Shown piece by piece: positions 1-10,324 of a stretch of DNA of 26,504 nucleotides. Origin of the DNA: Octopus sinensis (lineage: Eukaryota); assembly GCF_006345805.1 (NCBI RefSeq), contig NW_021834766.1, forward strand, positions 1 through 26,504, written 5' to 3'. The notes under the pieces were generated by a model. That model was given only the letters and a program-made list of their open reading frames with translations. It searched no databases and was not told the origin of the DNA. Made by a program: the position numbers and the translations under genes. The first letter of the stretch is position 1. Each line of letters starts with the position of its first letter.

Positions 1-76
1 ATAATCGACTTAATCCTTTTGTCTGTCCTTGTTTATCCCCTCCATGTTTAGCCCATTGTGGGCAATAAAGAAATAA
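1..76 (+). mobile_element. 3' end of tandem-forming Nin/Deu-core SINE unit (cut by window edge)
   Basis: ATAATCGACTTAATCC...GGGCAATAAAGAAATAA matches the unit ends in the 6798-7560 array. Confidence 0.85.
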
Positions 77-157
77 GATACCCAAATAAAAAATATGTGA
101 AGCCCATTATTTATAAATTGTTTCCCCACCTCTTGTGTCTAGAGTAAAAAAAGAATA

Positions 158-316
158 TGCATGGCTTAGTGGTTCGAATATTGCATTCATGAATCTAAGA
201 CAGCGGTTTCGAATCTTGAACAAGGCGTTACGTTGTGTTCTTGAACAGAACGCTTCATTTCACATTCATGTCAAATCAGCCGGTAAAAATGAGTAATTCT
301 GCGACGGACCGGGGTA
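158..316 (+). mobile_element. tRNA-derived SINE, V/Meta-like central domain, degenerate
   Basis: A-box-like TGGCTTAGTGGTT, B-box-like GTTTCGAATC, then TTGTGTTCTTGAACA...CAGCCGGTAAAAATGAGTA; homologous to 11178-11330 and, in its 5' half, the reverse strand of 5767-5975 and 17570-17840. Superfamily label is from recalled motifs. Confidence 0.7.
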
Positions 317-729
317 TTATGTACACCAGAAAATCAGGAGAACCAGCCTAATGAGCCTATGATCCATTTTTAATATGCATTTATATATATAATTAGTGAA
401 CTCTCCTGTTGTATGAAGGCTCCGTAATTTTTTGATGACCGATCTCCACGGTTGATTTTTTGTTAGTGATAAAATACTTGTACTATGCTCTAAATCATTA
501 CGTCCATCAAATCGATATTCCGTGTACAGATGCACGGTGGGACCCACGTCAGATGTTGACGTGATCGCAGACAAGATTGGGAATATTAGTCTTAGCTTAC
601 CTGAAGTCGTTTGCACCTATCCTATATATATATGAGGAAAACAGTTCGCTTGAAGCTACTGTATTCAACAGCTGAAATCGCCAAGGATTTAACAGTTGAA
701 GTCGTCGAAGCCGATGGAGGACCATTTCG

Positions 730-754
730 TATGTATCTATCTATCTATCTATCT

Positions 755-804
<50 letters not shown>

Positions 805-922
805 CATGTGTCTGTGTGTGCCTATTGTATATTATACGTATATTTATACAGACACATATATTTATATATGTGTGTGTGTAGGTGTGTGTGTGTGTGCGTG
901 TGTGTGTCTGTGTCTGTGTGCA
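730..922. repeat. compound microsatellite (TATC)n, (TA)n, (TG)n
   Basis: direct reading. Confidence 0.97.
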
Positions 923-1499
923 TAATTCATGAACGTATGTATTAGTTCCTACTCACCAAGAAATTAGATAAGAAATCAGGTAGGTCTTTGAAAATGTATC
1001 CAAATGGGACATTTCCACGCGATAGATAAAAATGAAAAAAAAAATTGTTACGAAATATTTTCTGATGGAACTATTCATGTATTAAACATTCTTGGGACTT
1101 CTTTTCCAAACGAACTCATGGTACAGATATCTAAATTAAATTTGCTGCCTGTCTGTTGATAAAAAGCGAAAGCTAACCAAATAAATTTCTACACGTTACC
1201 GACAGGAATTATGCAACGGAGTCATACTGCGGAGAATAAACAATGCGGTTTGCAGGAATGCAATAGCGAGCTTCAAACGTTCAGATGCTCTTTAGTATGG
1301 CATCAGATTAACGGCAGAGATTCTCTGGGATGATAGTCGAGTTGACGGTGCATTTCAACAGAAGAATAGACAATTTCTAACCAAAGCATAAAAGCATGAA
1401 TAGGAAAAAAAAAAAGAAGAAACCCCAAAAAAATACAATAGCTGTCAAAAAGAAATGAAACGAATATATAAATAAATATATAGAAATGAAGGGAAAATG

Positions 1500-1684
1500 G
1501 CGAGAGAGAGAGAGAGAGAAAGAGGGGAAGAGAAAGAGATAGAGCGATTGGAGACTTTCGATAGAAGTTTCCAGAAAGTTTACAGGTTATTTCTTTTCAA
1601 TTTGTCCTCTGACACACTAAGGGGAATTTTCCAGTCAAATGGTTTTCCTATATATACATATATGCATGTATATATATATATATA

Positions 1685-1739
<55 letters not shown>

Positions 1740-1741
1740 CA

Positions 1742-1801
<60 letters not shown>

Positions 1802-1971
1802 GTATATGTATATATGTATATATACATTATATATATATAGAGAGATATAGATACATACACACACATACATATATATACATATATACATATATATACATAT
1901 AGATGTATATGTATGTATATTATGATACCTATGTATGAGTATATTTGTAAGTATATCTAATATATATATAC

Positions 1972-2010
<39 letters not shown>

Positions 2011-2130
2011 AATATACACAAATATATTTGTATACTCTACCATGCGGGCACATACAAACACAAGCACACCTGTATCTATGTATGTACGATTATGCGTGTT
2101 TGTCTCTATGTGTATTATGCGCAACACATC
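1500..2130. repeat. microsatellite field (GA)n, (TA)n, (CA)n with short unique spacers
   Basis: direct reading. Confidence 0.95.
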
Positions 2131-2329
2131 ACGTTGTAGTAGATTAGAGTAACAGAAATAAATTGAAATAATACAAAACCTTGCTGTGGCTACATTAACA
2201 ATGTAAACACATTCTTTCTATTCTTCTGATGTGCAGAAAAAAAGACCAGGAATCCTCTGATGGACCATTTTATTGTTCGTACTCGTTTATGTATGTATAT
2301 GTATATTTATGTATGTGTGTGTATATGTT

Positions 2330-2545
2330 TGTGTGTCTGTGTTATCCCCCCTATCATCGCTTGACAACCGGTGCTGGTACGTTTACGAGCCCGTAACTTA
2401 GCGGTTGGACAATAGATACTGATAGAATAACTACTAAGCTTACAAAGAATAAGTGCTCGGATCGATTTACTCGACAAAACATGCTGCTCCAGCATGGCCG
2501 CAGTCAAATGACTGAAGCAATAAAACAATAAACGAATAGAAGAAT
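2330..2545 (+). mobile_element. 3' half of CORE-like SINE family
   Basis: CATCGCTTGACAACCGGTGCTGG...GCTCCAGCATGGCCGCAGTCAAATGACTGAA; matches 16600-16655 and 11331-11447. Confidence 0.8.
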
Positions 2546-2582
2546 ATATATATATATATAATATATATATATATATATTAAT

Positions 2583-2613
<31 letters not shown>

Positions 2614-2755
2614 TATATATTATAGAATATATATATATATATGCATACATATATATATGTATATATGTACATATATATAGATATGTATATATATATATAT
2701 CATACATACATACACACACACACACACCACACACCACGCGCACACACACAGACAC

Positions 2756-2802
<47 letters not shown>

Positions 2803-2820
2803 CATGTATGCATGTGTGTA
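2546..2820. repeat. (TA)n/(CA)n microsatellite
   Basis: direct reading. Confidence 0.97.
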
Positions 2821-2975
2821 CGTTTGTTTGGTGCTTGTTCCTCAGCTCCACTTGACTATCGGCGTTGGTTTGTTTATTTCCCGTCACTTAACGATTCGAT
2901 AAAAAAATTCTTAGAATAAGTACCGGATTAAAAAGTGGTGCGGACGATTTTTTCGACTTAATTCTTCAAGAAGAT
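2821..2975 (+). mobile_element. degenerate 3' half of the same CORE-like SINE family
   Basis: CACTTGACTATCGGCGTTGGTTTGTTTATTTCCCGTCACTTAACG...GAATAAGTACC resembles 2355-2470. Confidence 0.65.
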
Positions 2976-3874
2976 GCCACAGGACAAGAGCCACAATAAG
3001 CAAATGAAAAAGCCTCACTGTGAATGAATTAAGAATGTAAAGACAGTCCTCATACTTTGTTCTGCGTGAAAGAGAATGGAGCAATTCCTGACGCGATCGT
3101 AAGGTCGTGACCGCTCTCTAGTGATCGCTCCCTTGCGAAGTCTTGGCTTGTGTCCTACCGTAATACGACAGATTTACATTGTATTTTAATCAGAGGTTCC
3201 AAGAAAAAAGAACCTAAGACATCGACACACGATCTTTTAGAAAAATCGATGAACCTACTTTAAACTTTACCATACGTTCTTTAGGAAAGAATGAAGACAT
3301 CGAATAATGTTACTTCATAGGTAATATATCTGAAAAAAGAAAAAGCAAGAACAGAAAGAAAACGAGTATGGGATGTTCCTGGATAGAAATGTTTTGATAA
3401 TAGAATAGGTTTTCTTATTCGTAACTGACCTAGGGCTAAACAATATATTAGCTGGCTTGGCGGGAAGACTGGCATAAGGTATTGAATACGTTTTTTTTTT
3501 TATCTATTAACTTGCTTGGATGAAGAAAATTATGAATATAGCATCTTTATTTTCATATATAATACAAGAATAGCTATTTGTCTAGTTTCTGATACACTTC
3601 TTGTAAATGTGCGGTGATACATAAAATGCATCAATGGTTACCATTTTCTCTTTTCCTGTGGCGGTTTTTGTACGCTTCTCTGTTTCTTTCATGAAAATAA
3701 TACAGTAGATTTTCTTCGACTTCTCAGTGTGATATAGCCAAATGTGTTTTGTGTGTATACGTGTATTTACACACACACATACAGACACACACACACAAAC
3801 ATATATACATGCATACATTGCTTGCATCATAGCATAAAAATGAATTGAAATAAATTTTAATATTAGTAAGCCTT

Positions 3875-4085
3875 GGCAGTGAGCTGGCAGAATCGTCTGC
3901 CCGCTGGTTGAAATACTTAACTGAATTTCGGCCGTCGCTACATTCTGAGTTCAAATTCCACCGAGGTCGACTCTGAATTTCATTCTTACGGAATCGATAA
4001 AATAAGTACCAGTTGACGACTAGGGTTTATTTAACAGATTTACTCACCTCAAAGCTGCTACTTTGTGCCAAAATTTGAAATGAAT
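3875..4085 (+). mobile_element. Nin/Deu-core tRNA-derived SINE, monomeric
   Basis: GAGCTGGCAGAATCG head, TTCTGAGTTCAAATTCC B-box region, TTCATTCTTACGGAATCGATAAAATAAGTACCAGT core. Confidence 0.88.
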
Positions 4086-4096
4086 ATTACAGTGTT

Positions 4097-4310
4097 AAGG
4101 TGGCAAGCTTGCCGAATCGTTAGCGTACCAGACAAAAACGCTTAGCGGCATTTCGTCCGTCTTTGGGTTCTGAGTTCGAATTTCGCCGACATGCATATCA
4201 CCTTTCATTCTTTTGGGGTCCATAAAGTAAGTAGCAGTTGAGCCCTGTGGTTGATGTAATCGACTTAACCACTCCCTCAAAATTGCTATCCCTGAACCAA
4301 AATTTGGAAC

Positions 4311-4311
<1 letters not shown>
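4097..4311 (+). mobile_element. Nin/Deu-core SINE, monomeric, followed by (ATT)n tail 4312-4350
   Basis: same head, B-box and core motifs as 3875-4085. Confidence 0.88.
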
Positions 4312-4351
<40 letters not shown>

Positions 4352-4352
<1 letters not shown>

Positions 4353-4570
4353 AAAGGTGCTGAGCTGGCAGAATCGTTAGCACGCTCGGCAAAATTCTTC
4401 ACAGCATTTTGCCTGTCGATATGTTCTGAGTTCAAATTCTGCCGTGGCTGACTTTGCTTTTCATGCTTTTGGGGACTATAACTTAGATACCAGTGAAACA
4501 CTGGGGTCGATGTAATCAACTATTCCCCACCCCAACAATTTCAGGCCTTATGCTTTCAATAGAGAGTGTC
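4352..4570 (+). mobile_element. Nin/Deu-core SINE, monomeric, followed by (ATT)n tail 4571-4628
   Basis: GAGCTGGCAGAATCGTTAGCAC head; CACTGGGGTCGATGTAATC; CAATTTCAGGCCTTATGC tail. Confidence 0.88.
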
Positions 4571-4817
4571 ATTATTATTATTATAATTATTATTATTATT
4601 ATTATTATTATTATAATTATTATTATTCTATGTTTGGCTTTTGCTTTATATTTGTACAAGTTGGCTCCAAGATACCTCAAGAGACAACAGGCTGGAAGTT
4701 CATGTTGTTGTTATGCTTAGTGTGCCATATACTTGGGTCTTTTTTGGTGTTGTACTAGTGAATGTGCAAAAAAAAAAACGAAAATTATGTTTGTTTTAAA
4801 CCCTGAGATTACATAGA

Positions 4818-4868
<51 letters not shown>

Positions 4869-4869
4869 G

Positions 4870-5070
4870 AAAGCGACGAGCTGGCAGAATTGTTATTACG
4901 TCGAACAAAATGTCGCCAAACATTTTATCGATCTTTTCCTTCTGAGTTGAAATTCTGCCGAGATCGGCTTTGCTTTTCATCTTTTCTCAACCGATAAAAT
5001 ATGTACCAGTTGTGTACTGAGGGAGACGTAATTGACTTACCTATTACTCCCCAAATTTCAGCTTTTGCTT
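4870..5070 (+). mobile_element. Nin/Deu-core SINE preceded by (ATT)n 4822-4869
   Basis: GCGACGAGCTGGCAGAATTG head, TTCTGAGTTGAAATTC, GATAAAATATGTACCAGT. Confidence 0.85.
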
Positions 5071-5766
5071 ACTACAAAAGTAATCAATGTTACTCTATGG
5101 AATATTAAGATCGTAGCGCAGGGTTTCTAAAATCGAGTATTTATGTTTTGTACAAAAGAAAAATATTATTGATCACTATTGTTATGTGGATGTTAATGAA
5201 GTCATAATGAGAGCGCCTGGCGTCTGGCAAGTGGAATTTTTTAAATATATTCTTTTTATTTTCGTTGTAAGTTGATTTTGAAGTATTGATCGCTATCATT
5301 TGGGACTAGGTTGAGTTGATTTAATGACATTACGGCCGAGATATTAATTATTAATTTACTTAAAACGATATTTTTCTTTTTCAAGCACTGATTATGATTC
5401 ACGGTTCAGTTGACAATTAGCAGAGAAAAATTAGGTCGTTACACGAGTGAGTAGCAACACGTGGACATACAGACATATTCTTACCAGTGGGTTTAGTCTT
5501 CGTCTTGTGTTTTTGCGCATGCCCGGCATATCTTCTCATTATTCCTCAAAAAGCGATCAATGATGAACAACCCGTGGCTTGCGGGAATTTCTGGAGGGAA
5601 CGCTTAACGAAATTTATATTAGTGCGGCCCGCTTGGTAATGAGCCTTGTTGCACGCAGCCCATTTTTCGAAAATTGTTGCCCGTGCCTGAATCAGGACAT
5701 GTGGTATATATCACATGGCTATGGCAAGGGCTTCAGTTGATTCGATGACCGAAATCCTGCTTATGA

Positions 5767-5975
5767 CATGAACGTGCAAGGAGGTGAGCACTCCAAAGAC
5801 ACGCGTGCCCTTAACGCAGTTCTCAGGGAGATTCAGCGGGGCACAGAATGTAACAAGGCTGGTCCTTTGAGATACAGGTACAACCATTTTTTTTTTCACT
5901 GGAGCAACATGAAATAAAATGTCTTGCTCAAGGACAACACATCGCCGGGAATTGAACTCACGGCCTTACGATCGG
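5767..5975 (-). mobile_element. V/Meta-like tRNA-derived SINE
   Basis: reverse strand reads GATCGTAAGGCCGTGAGTTCAATTCCCGGCGATGTGTTGTCCTTGAGCAAGACATTTTATTTCATGTTGCTCCAG; homologous to 17570-17840. Confidence 0.82.
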
Positions 5976-6017
5976 TTCGACTGAAACCATAGCCGTTGTA
6001 ACCCAGGGAGTGGCATT

Positions 6018-6068
<51 letters not shown>

Positions 6069-6110
6069 ATATATATATATATAATTATATATACATATAT
6101 ATATATATAC

Positions 6111-6151
<41 letters not shown>

Positions 6152-6231
6152 CATATATATATATATACATACATATACATATATATATTATATATAATAT
6201 ATATTATATATATATATATGTATGTATGTAT
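6018..6231. repeat. (TA)n microsatellite abutting SINE 5' half
   Basis: direct reading. Confidence 0.97.
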
Positions 6232-6392
6232 GACAGGCTTCTTTCAGTTTCTTTCTACTGAATCCACTTAGAGGGCTTTGATCGATCCCAGTTTATAGTA
6301 GAAGATACTTACCCAAAGTACCACCACAGTGGGACTGATTCCGGACACGTGGTTGGGGAGGAAAGCTCTTACCCACGCAGACAAACCTGCCA
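6232..6392 (-). mobile_element. 5' half (tRNA head + CORE-like domain) of CORE-like SINE
   Basis: reverse complement aligns to 16374-16515 (GTGGATT...GAAAGAAGCCTGTC). Confidence 0.8.
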
Positions 6393-6469
6393 CCCACTTA
6401 TTTCATATCTATTTTAAGATACGTTTATTCATCCGCGTAAATATTTCCTTCTTCGTGAATATTTATGTG

Positions 6470-6570
6470 CACATCTAATGTTAACCGTTGCACCCTCAGT
6501 AGGATTCCTCGGCAGCTTTTTATGTGTTGCTTCCAAGAATACTCAAGATACTTGCGTGGAACTTCTATGA
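6470..6570 (+). pseudogene. possible decayed RTE-clade LINE C-terminal fragment
   Basis: one frame reads NVNRCTLSRIPRQLF, matching the spacing of the RTE motif HVxRMxxxRIPKQLF; short and unverified. Confidence 0.3.
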
Positions 6571-6797
6571 AGGTCATGCCTCGTGTTGTTATTCTGAATT
6601 ATTAATTAGCATTCGATAGTTAGTATCAAAACTGTTCCATTATATTGATTGGCGTATATTGATTTCTTATTTATATCAAACAACGTGCTTCAGACGAATG
6701 AATCAACAACGTTTCGCCTGCGTGGTACATATTTCATTACGCAGAAGAGATATCGACAGAATCGAGCTTAGCAAGATTTTAACATACAACTCTGCAG

Positions 6798-7560
6798 CGA
6801 AGACTTTGCCTTTCATCATTTCGGGGTCGATAAATTAAGTACCAGTTACGCACTGGGGTCGATATAATCGACTTAATCCGTTTGTCTACCCTTGTTTGTC
6901 CTCTCAGTGTTTAGCCCCTTGCGGGTAGTAAAGAAATAGGTATTTCGTCTGTCATTACGTTCTGAGTTCAAATTCCGCCGAGGTCGACTTTGCCTTTCAT
7001 CCTTTCGGGGTCGATAAATTAAGTACCAGTTACGCACTGAGGTCGATGTAATAGACTTAATCCTTTTGTCTGTCTTTGTTTGTCCCCTCTTTGTTTAGTA
7101 CCCTGTGGGCAATAAAGAAATACGAAACGTTAGCAACCTGGGCGAAATGCTTAGCGGTATTTTGTCTGTCGTTACGTTCTGAGTTCAAATTCCGCCGAGG
7201 TCGACTTTGCCTTTCATCCTTTCGGGGTCGATAAATTAAGTACCAGTTACGCACTGAGGTCGATGTAATAGACTTAATCCTTTTGTCTGTCTTTGTTTGT
7301 CCCCTCTATGTTTAGCCCCTTGTGGGTAATAAAGAAATAAAAAACGTTAGCACACTGGGCGAAATGCTTAGCGGTATTTCGTCTGCCGTTACGTTCTGAG
7401 TTCAAATTCCGCTGGGTTCGACTTTGCCTTTCATCCTTTCGGGTTCGATAAATTAAGAACCAGTTACGCACTGGGGTCGATGTAATCAACTTAATCCGTT
7501 TTTCTGTCCTTGTTTATCCCCTCTATGTTTAGCTCCTTGTGGGCAATAAAGAAATAAGAA
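6798..7560 (+). mobile_element. tandem array of four Nin/Deu-core SINE units (5'-truncated first unit)
   Basis: units start about 6798, 6940, 7124, 7341; each has TTCATC(C/A)TTTCGGG(G/T)TCGATAAATTAAG core and ends AAAGAAATA. Confidence 0.95.
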
Positions 7561-8189
7561 ACAGCTGTAAGTCAAAGATACCCAAATAAAAAATATATAT
7601 GTGAAGACCATTATTTATAAATTTTCATGTATATCACTCTGAGAAAATATTAGCTTAATTGAGGAATGCAACTATAGATTAACAAAATCGACCGGTATTG
7701 GATTTCGACTTCGGATTTTGCCTTAGGATTACCTGATGTTGTATACCAGTCTGAAAATATTTTGTTAGTCCGATGTATTTGTATTAACAGAGAGCCTCTG
7801 ACGTATTTTGCTCGGATTAATAATCCCTTATTAATAATTCTTTATATGCATATTTCTGTGTGTATACGCATGTGCGTGTGTATGCGCATGTGCATAAGGG
7901 TGCAAGTAAGAGAAAGGAATTGAGCAAATACTGTTTATTACATAATATTATAATTGTTTCATCTCTATTTACCTAGACGATTGTTGCCGAAATATTATCA
8001 TATAATACAATATATTACATACATCAAACGATGCATCGTATTGTACAACGATACAATGTATTCCATGATATATGTAATTCATTATAATATATTACATAAT
8101 ATTTCGGTAATAATTTTCTGATAAACGGAAGATGAAACAATTATATAAGTTATATGCAATAAACAGTAATTTCGCAAACCTTTCTCTCT

Positions 8190-8340
8190 TGCATACACTT
8201 TTGTATAAAATCGACGGATATTCGTGGATTTTCAGACGCGTCTTCAGCGAGACGATCTCGGTGTGTGCGTATGTTCCTTTTGCATTCCAAAACTGAGTTG
8301 CTGATTTTGGCGTATGGGGTACCAAAAGATTCAGTAAGGT
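8190..8340 (+). pseudogene. possible decayed BEL/Pao LTR-retrotransposon RNase H fragment
   Basis: 8217-8243 reads DIRGFSDAS (BEL/Pao motif LHGFSDAS); after a frameshift SETISVCAYV resembles SExAYAAVVYL. Confidence 0.35.
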
Positions 8341-9247
8341 TTTAGTTACTAACAACTATTATATTTTCATTCGAATATTTGCATTACAAAAATTTAACAT
8401 TATCATTTTTCTTTTAGTCACCTATCGTAAACGATATCTTTTACCACCACTACCACCATCGCAACGACGATGACATCACATTTTTTTTATATGAGTGTGT
8501 TCGCGCGTTTGTTATGTACGTAAAGCCGATGACTGACAAGTATATGTGCGTGACGGTGTCTAAGTCTCAGTATACATACAATTTTCTGACGACTGACACA
8601 TACACATCTAAAGATACAGACAGACACACACAGGTACAGAGATAGGTTTGAGAAGTGCGTCAATGTATTTCTGTGTGTGTATGTGTGTCTTAGTATATGT
8701 ATGTGACTTTAGCCCCGCCCTACCCTACCCTACCCAACATCGAAACATTGAAAGTTCTAACGATCAGGTTTCATTAGAAAGTAAAAATAGTTTCACACTT
8801 TCAATTTCAGCTGAAATTACAAAGTCTTGGTTTATGAGACTGACGATGTGTGCATAATGAAACTAATGTTTCTCCGAATTAGTCACATCTGTATTATAAT
8901 AAAGTGCTGCGGCGTTGGCCGCTGCTTATTCTCTATCTACCAAATTATCTGTTTTTCATTCAACAACTCTTTTTTACATCTAAAATAACTTCGGCAACCA
9001 TGTTGTGTGCAAATATTTGAGGTCATTTTCGGACAATATTTTGATTTACTTCTAATATATCACTTTCATGCGAGGTTTCACGCATGCGTAGAATTCTTCT
9101 CAAACATTTATGAAAATGTACACAATATTGTGTTAAAATAAGCCATAACCAAAAAATAAATAAATAAACACTGCATTAAAAGATATCCATTTCTCTATAA
9201 GTTATGAGCAAATAGTCACACCCTCTGTCTCGGTCTGTCTGTCTGTC

Positions 9248-9287
<40 letters not shown>

Positions 9288-9317
9288 GCTCAAGCACAAA
9301 AAAAGATGTATAGTTAT

Positions 9318-9404
9318 GGGTGACGGTTAAGATTACGCACACCCGGAATTTAGAGTTAGGGTTACACCAAAAACGGGGGGTGTACGTATTCTTTACCTCC
9401 GCCT
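9318..9404. mobile_element. small foldback/MITE-like element with 27-bp imperfect inverted arms and a telomere-like centre
   Basis: 9318-9344 vs reverse complement of 9378-9404: 20/27 identical; centre contains TTAGAGTTAGGGTTA. Confidence 0.5.
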
Positions 9405-9499
9405 ACTTATGTACGTGTACATGAAAGATGTGTGTGAGTGAGATAGAGAGAGAGAGCGAGAAAGTTCCACTTACACACAAATGCAAAAAAATTCATACA

Positions 9500-9519
9500 T
9501 CACAACACACACGCGCTCA

Positions 9520-9583
<64 letters not shown>

Positions 9584-9600
9584 ATGTGTAATATATATAT

Positions 9601-9646
<46 letters not shown>
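9500..9646. repeat. (CA)n(TA)n microsatellite
   Basis: direct reading. Confidence 0.97.
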
Positions 9647-9649
<3 letters not shown>

Positions 9650-9878
9650 TGTTGGCTAAAAATCACCAGACACTAAATGGAAACCATTTAATTCCAAGAT
9701 TATTTTGTTTTAATAAGAACTGAAGGAATTTTATAAAAGCATCTAAATATGAAACAGGAAAATTGTTTACACTGGAGTTCTTCTTGAGCGACACATTTTT
9801 CCATTCGCGTCAATACAGAATTGCAAAAAGTATTCATGCAATTTTGATTTACTCACGGGTGACTTTTGGCCAACCCTG
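9647..9878. mobile_element. Tc1/mariner-type MITE, 232 bp, TA target-site duplication
   Basis: left end CAGTGTTGGCTAAAAATCACC vs reverse complement of right end CAGGGTTGGCCAAAAGTCACC (18/21); TA on both sides; no ORF. Confidence 0.88.
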
Positions 9879-9904
9879 TATATATATCTATCTACCACAC
9901 ACAC

Positions 9905-9988
<84 letters not shown>
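9879..9988. repeat. (TATC)(CA)n(TA)n microsatellite
   Basis: direct reading. Confidence 0.97.
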
Positions 9989-9991
<3 letters not shown>

Positions 9992-10062
9992 GAATATGTT
10001 TAATCCTTTCTACTATAGGCATAAGGTCTGAAATTTAGGGGGAGTAAACAGTCGATTAGATC
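9989..10062 (-). repeat. 74-bp local copy of the SINE tail region at 10313-10386
   Basis: 73/74 identical to 10313-10386, same orientation. Confidence 0.95.
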
Positions 10063-10324
10063 TATCTATCTATCTATCTATCTACACACACACATATTAT
10101 ATTTAGGCTGGTTTACCAAAAAGTACGTCGAAACTATGCATAGTCCAAATGATTAGGGTAAATGTTTTTTAATTTTCCTTTGATTTCTGAATTACTACTA
10201 TTCAGCGGTTTGAGTTTAGCTGCTCGTTTTAGTGGGTTGTATGGCCTATAAAGGCCATTCCTTAATATTATTGTTGTATGTATATATGTATATATATATA
10301 TACATATATATCTGTGAATACGTT

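Noticed and set aside
317-730. 99-aa minus ORF and plus-strand frames (LCSKSLRPSNRYSV; TVEVVEADGGPF before GTATGT)
   Set aside because: No recognisable domain; the resemblance to Ty3/Gypsy RNase H is too weak to support.
1200-1380. Fragments resembling LINE motifs (RRINNA, YGIRL, IVELTVHF)
   Set aside because: Motifs overlap in incompatible frames and point to different clades; not distinguishable from chance.
3276-3329. Minus-strand 54-nt segment with a strong pyrimidine tract/AG and GTATGG donor
   Set aside because: Stops in all three frames; the tract may just be an A-rich run on the plus strand. A terminal or poison exon cannot be excluded without RNA data.
6940-7123. Hammerhead ribozyme in the tandem unit (retrozyme hypothesis)
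   Set aside because: No CUGAnGA plus GAAA core with flanking helices on either strand; CTGAGTT is part of the B-box region.
7057-7489. Recurrent ORFs MRNWYLIYRPRKDERQSRPRRNLNSERN... (also 22728-23176, 23661-23941, 24932-25279)
   Set aside because: Antisense or sense read-through of SINE units; recurrence reflects the repeat, not a protein family.
6798-7560. Regularly spaced repeats superficially like a CRISPR array
   Set aside because: Whole 184-218-bp units repeat with no unique spacers; eukaryotic context; no cas genes.
8803-8903. Acceptor TTTCAG, short frame and AATAAA suggesting a terminal exon
   Set aside because: The acceptor is half of a 16-bp palindrome (AATTTCAGCTGAAATT), and AATAAA is frequent in such AT-rich DNA.
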